A stretch of DNA of 64,000 bases from an uncultured Chloroflexia bacterium (GCA_963751585.1 CAVVVB010000010.1:1456-65455); one strand, 5' to 3'; shown: positions 22,264 through 33,498, counted from the first letter of the stretch. Made by a program: numbers and translations. The notes: generated by a model from the sequence alone, not told the origin.

Positions 22264-23569
22264 TTACTTGGATGAACCCGCGATAAATTGCTGCCAGTAA
22301 GAGGCCGCCTCGTCTAGGGTGATGGTGTGGAGAAAGACCGGCTGCCCACCGGAAATCTTCTTGGTGGCGTAGCCGACAATCGAGTCAACCGTCCGGTTAT
22401 TGCCCAGGTCCGGCCGGGCAATCATTACGGAGAGACCGAGCGGGCTCTCGAATTTCAGACCATTATCAATCACCGCGGCGACCTTGTCCGTATCCAGGCT
22501 ACCGGCCTGCTGCAGGGCGGTCATCAGACAGCTCCACTGGGCGATACCCTGAATCTCCGGGCCTTCCCACTTGCCGTATTGGGCTAACCAGGCAGCCTTG
22601 AAGTCCTTGGCCTGCTGAGTTAGCGCCGGGTCAAATTCGACAGGCCAGGCACCAGCCATCATCCCCTCCAGCGCCTCGGTGGGAATGAGCTGCGACAGGG
22701 TTCCCGCCGGCGAGGTGCTGCTGCAGAAGAACTGCCCCCGGTAGCCAGCCTGCCAGGCGGCCTTGATGGCCATGGCATCGGAGATGGGGCCCCCGCCTTT
22801 CGGCCTCGAAGACGTCCGGGTTCAGGGTTTTTACCTTGGTACCTATGGCACTCAGGTCGGTAGCGTTGGCCGGGTAGTATTCGGTGTCGGACTGCCGCCC
22901 GAAGGCTTGAATAGTTGCGGCTTCATGAGGGCCAATCTGGTGACCCAGGGCGTTATCCGGGCAGGCGATGACGAAGGTCTTTTTATCCGGGAAGTTCTTG
23001 ATAAACCATCCAATGAGCACCGGCCCCTGGCTGTTAATGAAGTAGGCCTCGAAAGTGTAATGGTTATCCTGGCTTAGCCCGGCCGAGGTCATGGTCGGGA
23101 TAAACAAATCCACCTTGTTAGATTCGGCTGCGGGAATCAAAGGGTCAGTAATCATGTCGTCACTGATGATGAATTTCACGTTATCCTGGTAAATCAGTTT
23201 GTTCTCGGCGGCGATGGCCGTCGTCTGGTCACCGTTGGAATCGTAGACGATAAAATCGATATTGTACTTATCCCCTCCGATAGATATACCGCCGCTTTTG
23301 TTTTCCATATCCTGCATGACCTGCAGCCCGTGCACCATGTCAAGCCCCATGGGCCATCCTAAAAAGGCGACAACACCTATTTTTAGTGTTTTTACGGCCG
23401 GTGTTGTCGGCGCTGCCGGTGTTGTCGGCGCTGCCGGTGCGGTAGTCTGTACCGCCGGAGTCGTGGTGGTGGTCATGGCCGGCGCATGGCAAGCAGATGC
23501 TAGCAGCGTGCCGATAAGCATGATGGCCACAATCAGTCCACCTAACATCGATAGTCTCCCCTTTTTCAT
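22264..23569 (-). CDS. Liv-type (HAAT family, PBP type I) ABC substrate-binding lipoprotein, one apparent frameshift near 22631-22773
   Basis: Signal peptide with lipobox LLASAC, a Thr/Pro/Ala linker (encoded by 21-bp tandem repeats around 23395-23445), then KTLKIGVVAFLGWP and a LivK-like fold. The C-terminal third lies on ORF 22773->22264. Confidence 0.7.
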
Positions 23570-23776
23570 CTTGTCCTCCTTTTTATTATGATTATGGTTA
23601 TTCCCCAGCCAAATAGCTAAATTCACCGGTACCTCCAATTAAAGTAGCTTTACTATTCCATTGAGTGGAATGACATTCCAATATATATGATTTATGTAGC
23701 GAGATTTTATCACACAAATGTTTGTTTGTCAATACCTCGCATTGACTCATAATAAAGGTTACCGAAAGAGGTATCG

Positions 23777-25021
23777 TTGCGTCAAAATTAGTGTTACCGA
23801 AGGAGGTGAAGGTGACACGACGCAGCATAATAGAATACGTGCAGGCACTACGGAGCCGATATTTTGGGGCATCAAGAGAAGAGAAGGGCAAGATGTTGGA
23901 TGAATTTACGAAAGTGACAGGCTGGCACCGCAAGGCGGCTATCAGGTTATTGAATCGGTCAAGCTATCCCAGGACGAGTAAAGGGCGCGGTCGGCCACGT
24001 AAATACGATTCAGAAGCCGCAGAAGCGTTGAAAGCGGTCTGGGAAGCTGGTGACCGGCTGTGCTCCAAACGCCTACAGCCGTTCATACCGGAGATGTTAA
24101 AGGTGCTCAGGCAGCATGGCGAGCAGCGGATCGATGTTGCTATGGAAAGGCTGCTCTGCCGGATGAGTCCGTCCACCATCGACCGGCTACTGCGAAAGTA
24201 TCGTAAGGTGGGAGGGCGAAGAGGACTTACTACCACCAGGACGGGGAGCCTGCTTAAAAGCCTCATACCCATCAGGACCTTTGCCGATTGGCAGGAGAAC
24301 AAGCCCGGGTTTCTGGAAGTTGACTTGGTCGCTCATTGCGGTGAGAGCAGCGAAGGTTTTTATCTGAACACGCTCTGCGCCGTAGACGTGGCCAGTGGCT
24401 GGACAGAATGTCGGCCGGTCTGGGGGAAAGGCCAGGAGCGTGTTGGTGGTGCTGTCCACAAGATACGGCAGCGCTTACCTTTTCCCCTTTTAGGACTGGA
24501 CTCAGACAATGGCAGTGAATTCATCAACCAGCATCTTTTTAGCTATTGCCAACGGGAGAAGGTTACCTTCACCCGCTCCCGTTCCTACAAGAAGAACGAT
24601 AGCTGCCATGTGGAACAGAAGAATGGGAATGTGGTGCGCCGTCTGGTGGGATATGACCGGTACACCTCCAGGGCGACATATCAATGCCTGGAAAGGCTTT
24701 ATGACGGTGTTCGGTTGTACGTGAACTTCTTTCAGCCTACGATGAAGCTGGTGGGTAAGACAAGACATGGCGCTAAAGTGAACAAGGTCTACGATACAGC
24801 ACGCACACCCTACCAGCGATTACTGGAAGCTGGTGTGCTTACTGAAGCTAAACAACCGGAACTGGCAGCCACCTATCACGGGTTAAACCCGGTGACACTC
24901 TTAAAGCAAATAAATAGCCACCTGGAACAGCTATGGCATCTGGCTGAGCGCCCCGCCAGTTTGGGTAACCGGAATTATGAGTCAATAAGGAGGGCTTCGG
25001 TAACAGTTTAATTTGACGCAA
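23777..25021 (+). mobile_element. Complete IS element with imperfect terminal inverted repeats of about 27 bp (left 23777-23803 TTGCGTCAAAATTAGTGTTACCGAAGG; right 24995-25021 CTTCGGTAACAGTTTAATTTGACGCAA)
   Basis: The inverted repeats were read directly, about 25/28 matching. They enclose a single DDE transposase gene. Confidence 0.7.
23791..25011 (+). CDS. DDE transposase (rve integrase-core family; IS481-like or ISNCY-like)
   Basis: N-terminal HTH, catalytic LEVDLVAHCG...LGLDSDNGSEFIN...HVEQKNGNVVRR (D, D, E). An alternative GTG start at 23811 follows AGGAGG. Confidence 0.8.
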   Translation: MLPKEVKVTRRSIIEYVQALRSRYFGASREEKGKMLDEFTKVTGWHRKAAIRLLNRSSYPRTSKGRGRPRKYDSEAAEALKAVWEAGDRLCSKRLQPFIPEMLKVLRQHGEQRIDVAMERLLCRMSPSTIDRLLRKYRKVGGRRGLTTTRTGSLLKSLIPIRTFADWQENKPGFLEVDLVAHCGESSEGFYLNTLCAVDVASGWTECRPVWGKGQERVGGAVHKIRQRLPFPLLGLDSDNGSEFINQHLFSYCQREKVTFTRSRSYKKNDSCHVEQKNGNVVRRLVGYDRYTSRATYQCLERLYDGVRLYVNFFQPTMKLVGKTRHGAKVNKVYDTARTPYQRLLEAGVLTEAKQPELAATYHGLNPVTLLKQINSHLEQLWHLAERPASLGNRNYESIRRASVTV

Positions 25022-25180
25022 TACGTACCTGTAACGGAGATAATGCACTATCTATCTACGCCGATTTTATTAGGTGCTTAATAAGTAGTATAATCTCCTT
25101 ACTTAGTAGGCTGTTCTGTCGGTGATAAGCGCCCTTTCTTAAATTGAAAAATATTTGATAATCATGAGAGAAGGAGGTAT

Positions 25181-26035
25181 ATGCATAATCTAAAAGGCAA
25201 GGTAGCTTTGGTTACTGGAGCGGGCTCCAAGGTTGGCATAGGACATGCTATCGCACTTCGTTTAGCCAAGGACGGAAGCGATGTAGCGGTGAGCGATATT
25301 TCCCTCCGCGGCATTCATAATAATGAATATATCGGTACGGATGACTGGCATGGCCTGGAGGATGTTGGAAGTGAGATAAGAGCCCTGGGAAGAAAAGCTC
25401 TGGTTATTGAGGCGGACATTGGTTCAAACCAACAGGTGCGAGGGATGGTCGCTAAATGTATCGATTTTGGGGGTAAGATCGACATCTTGGTGAATTGTGC
25501 TGCCTTATCAGGGCCGAGGGGTATACCGCCGTTTGAGATTCCTGATAAGGAATGGCGTCGGGTACTGGATGTTAATATCTTTGGCACATATCGGTGCTGT
25601 AAGGCAGTGGGTAGCTACATGATAGAAAGGGGGGCCGGAGGTAAAATAATCAACATTGCTTCGGAGGGGGCGAGAGGTCGGGTAATGCCAGGTCACGGAC
25701 CTTATATTGTATCCAAGTTTGGGATAATAGGGCTGACTCAAGTGTTGGCTGTAGAGTTGGCGAGGTATAAGATAAATGTTAACGCCGTCTGCCCTGGTTT
25801 GACCGCTACCCAGATGGTAGTAATGCCGCCCTCAGAAGGTAACGTTAGCACCGCTGGCTTGAGCTTGTCAGAAGCGGTGACTAAGGTCTATGCCGATTTA
25901 TTACCCCAGATACCTTTAGGCCGTATTGGACAGCCGGAAGATGTCGCCAATGTCGTGGCCTTTTTGGCCTCTAGTGACGCTGATTATATGACCGGTCAAT
26001 CCATAAATGTTACCGGAGGGCATAATATGTCTTAG
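25181..26035 (+). CDS. SDR family NAD(P)-dependent oxidoreductase
   Basis: KVALVTGAGSKVGIG Rossmann motif and the SDR catalytic YxxxK (YIVSK). Confidence 0.85.
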   Translation: MHNLKGKVALVTGAGSKVGIGHAIALRLAKDGSDVAVSDISLRGIHNNEYIGTDDWHGLEDVGSEIRALGRKALVIEADIGSNQQVRGMVAKCIDFGGKIDILVNCAALSGPRGIPPFEIPDKEWRRVLDVNIFGTYRCCKAVGSYMIERGAGGKIINIASEGARGRVMPGHGPYIVSKFGIIGLTQVLAVELARYKINVNAVCPGLTATQMVVMPPSEGNVSTAGLSLSEAVTKVYADLLPQIPLGRIGQPEDVANVVAFLASSDADYMTGQSINVTGGHNMS

Positions 26036-26489
26036 GTATCCTTTTGGCTGATGCTAATGATAATAACCAGCCCGGCAGCCAGGATGACAAAAACTAGCCC
26101 CATCGCCAATCCGCCAAATGTTAATTGCCCAAATAACAAGACTACCTCCTAACAAGGAAGTGATGTCCCTGGTTTTATACTTCTTGAAATTCCGTTCTGG
26201 CCATAATGTCATTCTGGAACTCGGCTTTTTTAAAAGAATCACTGAATACCCACCAGTAAGTGGTGTTATTCAGTGACGTTTCTTATAAAAGCTGCGCTCT
26301 TGTGAATACCTCCCCTAGCTTCTCCTTTATGGGCAGACATCAAACTTAATTCCTGCCCATAATGTTATCCACACTTCAATTATTATAATTTCTTCACGCA
26401 GGTTACAACATTTACCTATAGCTAATTGTCTGACTTCTAGGAAAGCACAAAACCATCGCTAACGAATAGTATCTATCAGTTTTTATTAC

Positions 26490-27785
26490 TTACTTCCAGC
26501 CGTAAAATGTCTTGTTGTATCCGAGCGCCTCATCCAAGGATATTTTGGCAATGATGCTAGCCTTTCCTCCCACCATTTGTTTGATGGCTAGGGAGCCAAG
26601 TGTGTCCACAGTTCTGGTAATTCCCAGATCCGGCCGACTAATCATGATGCTGGGAGAACAGCACGGGCTATCATATTGCAAACCATTGGCAAGCACATTT
26701 GCAACTTTGTCCACATCCAGGCTCCCAGCTTTTTGTAAGGCGGCTATCAGGACATACCAGGCATTCAGTTGCGTGATGTCAGGATCATCCCACTTCCCAT
26801 TTTTAGCTATGTAGGCATCCTTGAAATCTTTAGCAGCGCCGACTGGAGGCGTATCCATTTCTACATCATTCGCGGCAACAATCATCCCCTCCGTGACCTC
26901 TGGCAGAACTGTCTGGTCATAGACAGACGCACCTACCGTACCAGTCATAAAGAATTGTCCCTTCCAACCAGCCTGCGATACGGCTTTGATGATAAGGGGA
27001 TCCGTTACCGGTCCGCCGGCAGTAGGTATGAAAGCATCTGGATTCAAAGTCTTGACCTTGGTACCGACAGCACTAAGATCAGTCGCCGATGGTGGATAAT
27101 ATATTTCATCAAGCATCTTCGGTCCAAAAGCTTCCGACAATTTTTTCAACTGATCACCAAAAGCATGACCAGGCTGGCTATCGGGAGCTGCAAGCACGAT
27201 AGTCTTGATATTCGGGTGATTCTTCACAAACCATCCCCATGCTGTAGGGCTGTTCGTATAGGCCGCGACTGTTCCTTGAAAGGTGTATTTATAATCCGGG
27301 TTAAATATAGTCCCGGTAGCATCTAGACCGATTGCTATTACATGTTCGGGGTCGGTAAGGGAAGCCCAGTAGGCGATAGTATCGTCGCCGACGATGAATT
27401 TCACTTTGTCTACATCCATGAGTCTTGACGCGGCAGAGCGTGATGCCACCTGATCAAATTTGGAGTCGTATATGACTGGCTGGATAGTATATTTCTCCCC
27501 CCCGATATCCAGCCCGCCCTTTGCGTTAATCATATCCGCCTGGAGTTGCACCCCTTTTTCAAACTCAATGCCTAGCGGCCACCCCAAAAAGGCAATGACA
27601 CCTATTTTTAAAGTTTTTGGTGCGGGGGTTGTGGTCTGAGTTACGGGAGCCGTGGTTTGAGTCACGGGAGCCGTGGTTTGAGTTGTGGGCGTTGCGGCTT
27701 TTTGGCATGACACCATAAAAGTCATGCTCAATAGTATTATTGATAGAACCGCCAAACTAATCTCTAGTAGTTTCTTTCTTTTCAT
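26490..27785 (-). CDS. Liv-type ABC substrate-binding lipoprotein
   Basis: Signal peptide plus Cys (MVSCQ), Thr/Pro/Gln linker encoded by 21-bp tandem repeats (around 27636-27700), KTLKIGVIAFLGWP, LivK-like fold. Confidence 0.85.
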   Translation of the reverse strand: MKRKKLLEISLAVLSIILLSMTFMVSCQKAATPTTQTTAPVTQTTAPVTQTTTPAPKTLKIGVIAFLGWPLGIEFEKGVQLQADMINAKGGLDIGGEKYTIQPVIYDSKFDQVASRSAASRLMDVDKVKFIVGDDTIAYWASLTDPEHVIAIGLDATGTIFNPDYKYTFQGTVAAYTNSPTAWGWFVKNHPNIKTIVLAAPDSQPGHAFGDQLKKLSEAFGPKMLDEIYYPPSATDLSAVGTKVKTLNPDAFIPTAGGPVTDPLIIKAVSQAGWKGQFFMTGTVGASVYDQTVLPEVTEGMIVAANDVEMDTPPVGAAKDFKDAYIAKNGKWDDPDITQLNAWYVLIAALQKAGSLDVDKVANVLANGLQYDSPCCSPSIMISRPDLGITRTVDTLGSLAIKQMVGGKASIIAKISLDEALGYNKTFYGWK

Positions 27786-27979
27786 TTTGCCTCTCCTAAT
27801 ATTTTAATTCATATTGTTTAAAAAAATTTATGCAATATATCTACCTCCTTTATATTCCACTTAGCGGAATAGCATTCCACAAAATCTTAAATTTAGAGGA
27901 ATCATATCATAAGGATGTTTATTTGTCAATATTCCATGAAATGGGTCCTGTTCTGTTCACTTGAATTTACATATTCTGG

Positions 27980-28260
27980 AGCTTCCATTACCGCCTTCTG
28001 TTACACCAAGCCAGCTTGTATATCTAAAGCTGGCTTCAGCAACTTTCCCAGGCGTTTTACCGTTCAAGCTCTCATGCGGTTTAAATAAGTTATAGTAGAT
28101 TAACCAGCTAATGTCGCACTCCCAAACTTTGTGATAGGTGTAAATGATAAGATAGAAGAATTAAATCTTAAACAGGGGACTCAAATAGCTAGTTATCGAG
28201 AGGATCTTTATAATGCGGCAGGCCAGTTATTATTAAAATATATTAAATGATTTACAACTC
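27980..28260 (-). pseudogene. Transposase remnant (rve C-terminal fragment)
   Basis: The reverse strand encodes YNLFKPHESLNGKTPGKVAEA, matching the conserved rve C-terminus (RPH.sL...TP). No intact upstream part is present. Confidence 0.45.
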
Positions 28261-28521
28261 GGACGTCAAAGCTGGTGGCAGGCTGATGAATTAACCGATG
28301 AATGGTTCCCGCATCCACCAAAGTTGTGCGCGATTAGGACTCTTTATTTCACTCTATAGCCTTTTAATCTGCCATCTTTAAAGCATATAATTGCACTGGT
28401 ATCACGCCGGGGCGTGGGTTATCGAATCACTTTTTATGGTGAACTTTTACCCTTTTTCCTCTGGCTCTTTGTCATTAAACTTACTATATAAAAACCCTTA
28501 CCATTTTGGAGTTCAGTTTAT

Positions 28522-31135
28522 CTACATACCTCCTTCAACCCAGGCATTAAAGTGAAGTCCGGAAGCTGGGTCATACTCCTTTTCGAATGCCTCAGGGTAT
28601 TGTCTTTTCCACTCTTCCATCTGGGCCATGGTGACCTTTTCAACCTCAACTAAAAATCCACTGGTAACCTGCCCTCCGCAGTTTTTAGAGACTAGACCGG
28701 CTGGAGATATCAGATTATTGGCGCCGCCCCGGTCAAGCTCCCCCGGGATTATCCAGTCACATCTGGCCCCGTGGTCCTGCGAGACCGCTCCGGGCATAAT
28801 TCTCTCCGTGACATAGGCACCGCCGAGGACGGCCCCCCTCTCGTTGTAGATCTTAACGATATCGCCGCTCTTGATGCCTCTCTTTTCCGCATCTTTCGGG
28901 TTAATCCAGATAGGCTCGTACATGTAGCCATCCCAACCCTTAACCTTGCATGTGGGGATTTCCCTTGTCCATGATATATCATCGCACTGGGCATGCATTC
29001 TCCACCTCGGATGGTTAGAGACAATGAGCAAAGGGTACTTCCTGGCTCTTTCTCCGGAAGGTCTTTCGTCATGGGTCTCACCTTTTTCAATCCAGTGCGG
29101 CAGCGGGGGTCTCTCCTTATCATCAGGGAAATATTTGGCCAGTCTCTCCGAATAGAACTCCAGCTTACCGGAGGGTGTGGGCAGAGGGTTGTTCTCGGGG
29201 TCTTTATAGAACTTGAGCATGCCGGCTGGGTTTTTATTCCCAATCCGGGGAGGTTGGGTAGACGTAATATCCCTTTTCGTTAAAGTCTTCCCAGCTGATC
29301 AATTCCGGCAACCTCATCTCCTCAAAGCAATATTTAATCCATTCTTCTACGGTCTTGCCCTGCGTAACCTCATCATACTTGCCTAGCTTTTTGGCTATCT
29401 CCAGGACTATTTCGTAATCACTCTTGGACTCGCCGATGGGCTTGATGGCCTGCTTCTGGAGCGTTATGCTAGAAATATCTATGCCAGCGATATGGTTTGG
29501 CACAATATCGTCTACCTCAAACGTGGTATTCGCCGGCAGGATGATATCCGCGAGCAGACAATCGTTCTCCAGCCACGGGTGCTGGGCGACAATACATTCT
29601 ATCTTGGGGCTTCTGAAGGCTTCTATCGTTTTATTGCCGGCATTCCAGCAGGTAGTCCGGCAGGGGGCATCGCTCCATATCATGTGTATTTCCGTGCCGC
29701 CTTCTTCTTTGGGTAGGGGATAGGTATATTTTACGAACTGGTCTTCAACTCCCGCCGCAACAGCGCCGCTACCATAAAAAGTGAGGGGTGGGTTAAGAAT
29801 GGCCTCCTGGACGAGGGTCTTAGGAATGAATTGTTTTGATGACCTCGTGTGAGCAGAGGCGTGAGGCCTGCGTAGGCGGTCACCTGGCTTGGTTGACGAG
29901 AATGCACTGAGTAAGGCACGGGCGGACCTTGGCGCGGTATCCTTAATTTCGGACATTATTATGGCCTGGTGGACTCCCGGTTTTCCCAGTCCTTGCATAC
30001 CCAGCAAGATACATTCCAATCTAGCGGGTGAATGCGAATACGTTCCCCGGATCATCGAACCGCCGATGATATGGGCTATCGACGTTGCTCTGGCGGCAAA
30101 TTCTCTAGCCAGCGCCTTGATTGTCCATTCCGGAACACCACACTTCGGCGAAGCCCACTCGGGTGTCTTGGGAATACCGTCTTCCCTGCCCAGAACGTAG
30201 TTCTCAAATTTATCGTAGCCGACAGTGTGCGTCGCCACATAATCCTTATCGTAGGTGCCTTCGGTCACCCAAGTATAAGCTATAGCGAGTTGCAGCGCTG
30301 CATCCGTGTTGGGTAGTACCGGGACCCATTTGTCGGCATGGATAGCTGCTCCATAGTTCAAATCGGGGCAAATATATATCTGCTTTATCCCCACTTCGGA
30401 CCAGAAATAGCATAATCGGGTGGCAGATTGCCCGGCAAGCCCCCAAGGTGTTGTTTCTGGATCGCATGACCAGAACAGGACCTGCTCGGAGTTCTCGGTT
30501 ATGTCCTTGATCACATTATCCATTGGCTTCATCATACCGACCCATCCCGTCCCCCACACATGCATTGACCCCCAATACCACCCCTCCCAACTATCGGGAT
30601 TTCTCTGCTGCTGCGTGAAACCACCCAGCGTGTCATGAAGCAGAATTTGACAGCCATGAGGAGCATGGATAATCTTGTCCTCCCCATGTCCATCCGCCTG
30701 CGCCAGAACCGCATACGGTCCATATTTTTCATGCACCCTCTTCAGTTCACTGGCAACTATCCCGGCAGCCTCGTCCCACGAGATTCTCTGATACTTGCTC
30801 TTCCCCCTGTTCTCCGGGTGTCTCTCGCCGTTAGGGTCCCAGTCAACTCTCTTTAAGGGGTACTTAATCCGGTTGGGAGAATAGACTCGCTTTTTGTAGG
30901 CTAGTGAGAAAGGCCCCGGAAGCGATTTCATGACGGGCTCAAAAGTTTTACCATTCCTCTGAAGTTTCCATGGGTTTATTTCCTCCCTGGTATATTTCGA
31001 GTCATAGTGTAACGGTCTAATTCTGATTATTTTTCCATCTTTAATATCAACCGCTGACGGAACGCCGCCTGCAGTGTAACCAGCCAGGCCAAGCGCTCTA
31101 AATACTGTTTTTTCTTTACCTTTTTCGTCTGGCAT
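28522..31135 (-). CDS. Pyrogallol hydroxytransferase (TH) family molybdopterin oxidoreductase large subunit; one frameshift in an A-rich run (AATAAAAACCC) near 29220-29234
   Basis: VDIKDGKIIRIRPLHYD, IKYPLKRVDWDPNGERHPENRG and NPDSWEGWYWGSMHVWGTGW correspond to hallmark blocks of Pelobacter acidigallici transhydroxylase alpha subunit (VKDGKIIRMTPMDFDD, NPDSWEGWHWGGMHMWGFSW). Combined length about 865 aa against about 875. No N-terminal Fe-S Cys motif, as in the TH alpha subunit. Confidence 0.8.
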
Positions 31136-31250
31136 TTCGATCGCCCTTCTTTCTTGAAGAATCTTAACTTACGGCAAAACCTTTCTGCGGGATGCCTATT
31201 ACGCGGCTCGCCCATAAGAGCATCAGCACGGGACTATCATATCAATATTA

Positions 31251-31276
31251 ATTCCGATAGGCGGAATATTATTCCA
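31251..31276. promoter_or_regulatory. Putative operator ATTCCG-N5-CGGAAT-N3-ATTCCA about 120 bp upstream of the TH gene
   Basis: Same three-half-site arrangement as upstream of three substrate-binding-protein genes (23655-23680, 27854-27879, 33473-33498). Confidence 0.5.
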
Positions 31277-31326
31277 GTCCTTCTTGGGGCCAAGAAGGCC
31301 CTCATCAGATTTGAGACTAGGGCGTT

Positions 31327-33232
31327 TTATAAACTCGAGTCGTCTAAACCAAGGGCAGCCAATGTCTCAGAGCGGGGCAATCCGGTCTCTTCATCCCATC
31401 CCCGGAGGCGGTAATACTCCTTCAACATGCTCTTGAATTTATCCCGGTCGAGCATATTACCAATATAGGAGACCGCCTCGTCATTAGGACCAGGCACGGT
31501 GGTCACGTTAGACTCGTGCGTGGCCCGCAAGGGTTCGGTGAAGTTGATCTCAAGGGGGTAGTCAGCTTCGGGGACTACCCGTCCCTCCCGCAGTAGGATA
31601 AGTCTTTGCAGGTTGTAAATACGTTCGGCATACCGGTCAAGCACTTCGCCGGCAATGCCGGTAACCGCGGTAAAGAGCTTGGCGCCGAGGTCGGGGTCCC
31701 CCACATGGTCCGGCGTATTGAAGGAAAAGGTAATGGGGTAGCCGAAATCACACAGACCTAGGCTTTCTTTGAGATAGGTCCTGTTCAGTATTTTTTTCGC
31801 CGCCAGCGCCTTCCCCTCATAGCTGGTAAAATCTCCGGCCGCCTCACCGCCCCAGAAAGCCCTGGCAATATCATGTACCACCTTAGTTGTCACCGGCGTG
31901 CTGCCGGGACGGAGTTGATTCAGTACCCAGGCAGCATAGACAAAGACAATCTCGTGCAGGTAGTTATGATGCACCCTGGGTTCCATAGGGTAGAGCAGCG
32001 CATTGACGAAGAATGCCCGGGGCGGGTTGAAGTCATTCGCCATGATTGGTGCCAGATAACGGGGGAACAGGGCCCGGGCTTTAGCCGATACCCTGTCGCC
32101 AATCCTCACCAGTCCCTCGGCCAGGATATCACCAAACCCCTCACGATAGGCTATCGCATGAATCAGCTCTTTCAGGAATTCTCCGGTGCCGATCTTAGCT
32201 AGCGGCAGGCCAGTCTCCTTTTCGGCAAGAACTCCCGACCGATAGCACTTGTGAAGCCAGTCAATAATGGCCATGAGCTCCCATGTATCTACGGAGTAAT
32301 CGTCAGCCAAGACTGGCGCATCGAAGAATGTCTCTATCGGCTCATCCTCCCGGCCGAAATTCCATGGCCGGTAATAGTCCAAGGACTGGCACTTGCGGAG
32401 GCCTTCCAGCCGCTGGTCATATCGATATACCCCCCTGACGCACTCCATCCCGCAAAGATAGCAGCCACCCTTGCTGATACGCTCCACGGTATGGCCAGGG
32501 GCATAGCCAGGCAATATTCTGAAGTTAGGCAACGACGGATTGGTACCCTTGCTTATCCGGATGGTATTGCGGTTAAGCTCCTTGAGAGCGTCCGGGGTCG
32601 GCTACGGAGATTTTCCCGGTACCCATGATGGCGATGGCTTTTAGATTTTTGGAACCCATGACCGCCCCGAAGCCGGCCGTAAGAGTGCAACCGTGGGAGG
32701 CCAGGGCTATAGCTGTCCTGACCCTTCTTTCGCCGGCCACGCCGGTGGTGATAAAACGCGTCTTTTCACCATGGGTCTGCTGGAGCACCTCTCCCGTCCG
32801 GTAAGCGTTCTGTCCCCACAGCGATGAGGCATCCCGGAGTTCGGCCTCGCCATCGTGAATCCACAGATATACGGGTTTGGGTGCACGTCCCCCAACAATA
32901 ATACCGTCAAACCCTGCCTTCTTCAGCTCCGCGCCGACAAATCCGGCGAAACTACCGTAACAGTAGCCCTCAGGGAGGGCCATCGGGGACTTGCCGACCA
33001 CCGATAACTGTGTCGCCGCTTGGGCTCCAGTTCCCACCAGCGGCCCGGCCATGAAGATAAGCCGGTTCTCCGGGTCAAAAGCCTTGGTCTCCGGTTTTAC
33101 CGTCTCCCAGTAGAGTTTCGTGCCGATGCCACGTCCGCCAAGGAACTTCTCGGCGTATGGTTGTGTTGCGATTTGGGTTATGGCGGCACTACTCAGATTT
33201 ACATGCAGTATCTTACCTACCCAGCCATACAT
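31327..33232 (-). CDS. Aldehyde:ferredoxin oxidoreductase (tungsten AOR family), one apparent frameshift near 32532-32573
   Basis: The N-terminal domain MYGWVGKILHVNLS...FLGGRGIGTKLYWE (ORF 33232->32573) and the catalytic and Fe-S part with CYLCGMEC (ORF 32532->31327) are collinear with the intact paralog at 42828-44702. Confidence 0.8.
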
Positions 33233-33472
33233 ACTTATACCTTCCCTTATTTGACAATATTTATTTTACCAAACCAGTTCTTGGTAAATAGCGGTAATCT
33301 GCCCTTCGGATAAAGCCAAACTTGACCGTCACTGCCGGAGGCTATTACCATCCGCTATGGTGATAATATTATATCTTACATTTTGTCGGCGATGCAATAA
33401 AATGAATGTGTTTTATCTATTGACAAATAAATATCTATATGATAGAATTTCACCTAAACAAATCAAGCATAG

Positions 33473-33498
33473 TGGAATGCCATTTCGCTAACCGGAAT
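33473..33498. promoter_or_regulatory. Putative operator TGGAAT-N3-ATTTC-N6-CGGAAT 128 bp upstream of the substrate-binding-protein gene
   Basis: See finding on the shared motif. Confidence 0.5.

Noticed and set aside
23395-27700. Short tandem repeats that might suggest a CRISPR array
   Set aside because: They are 21-bp in-frame coding repeats inside substrate-binding-protein genes (Thr/Pro linkers), with no spacer and repeat alternation and no cas genes. No CRISPR array is present in the window.
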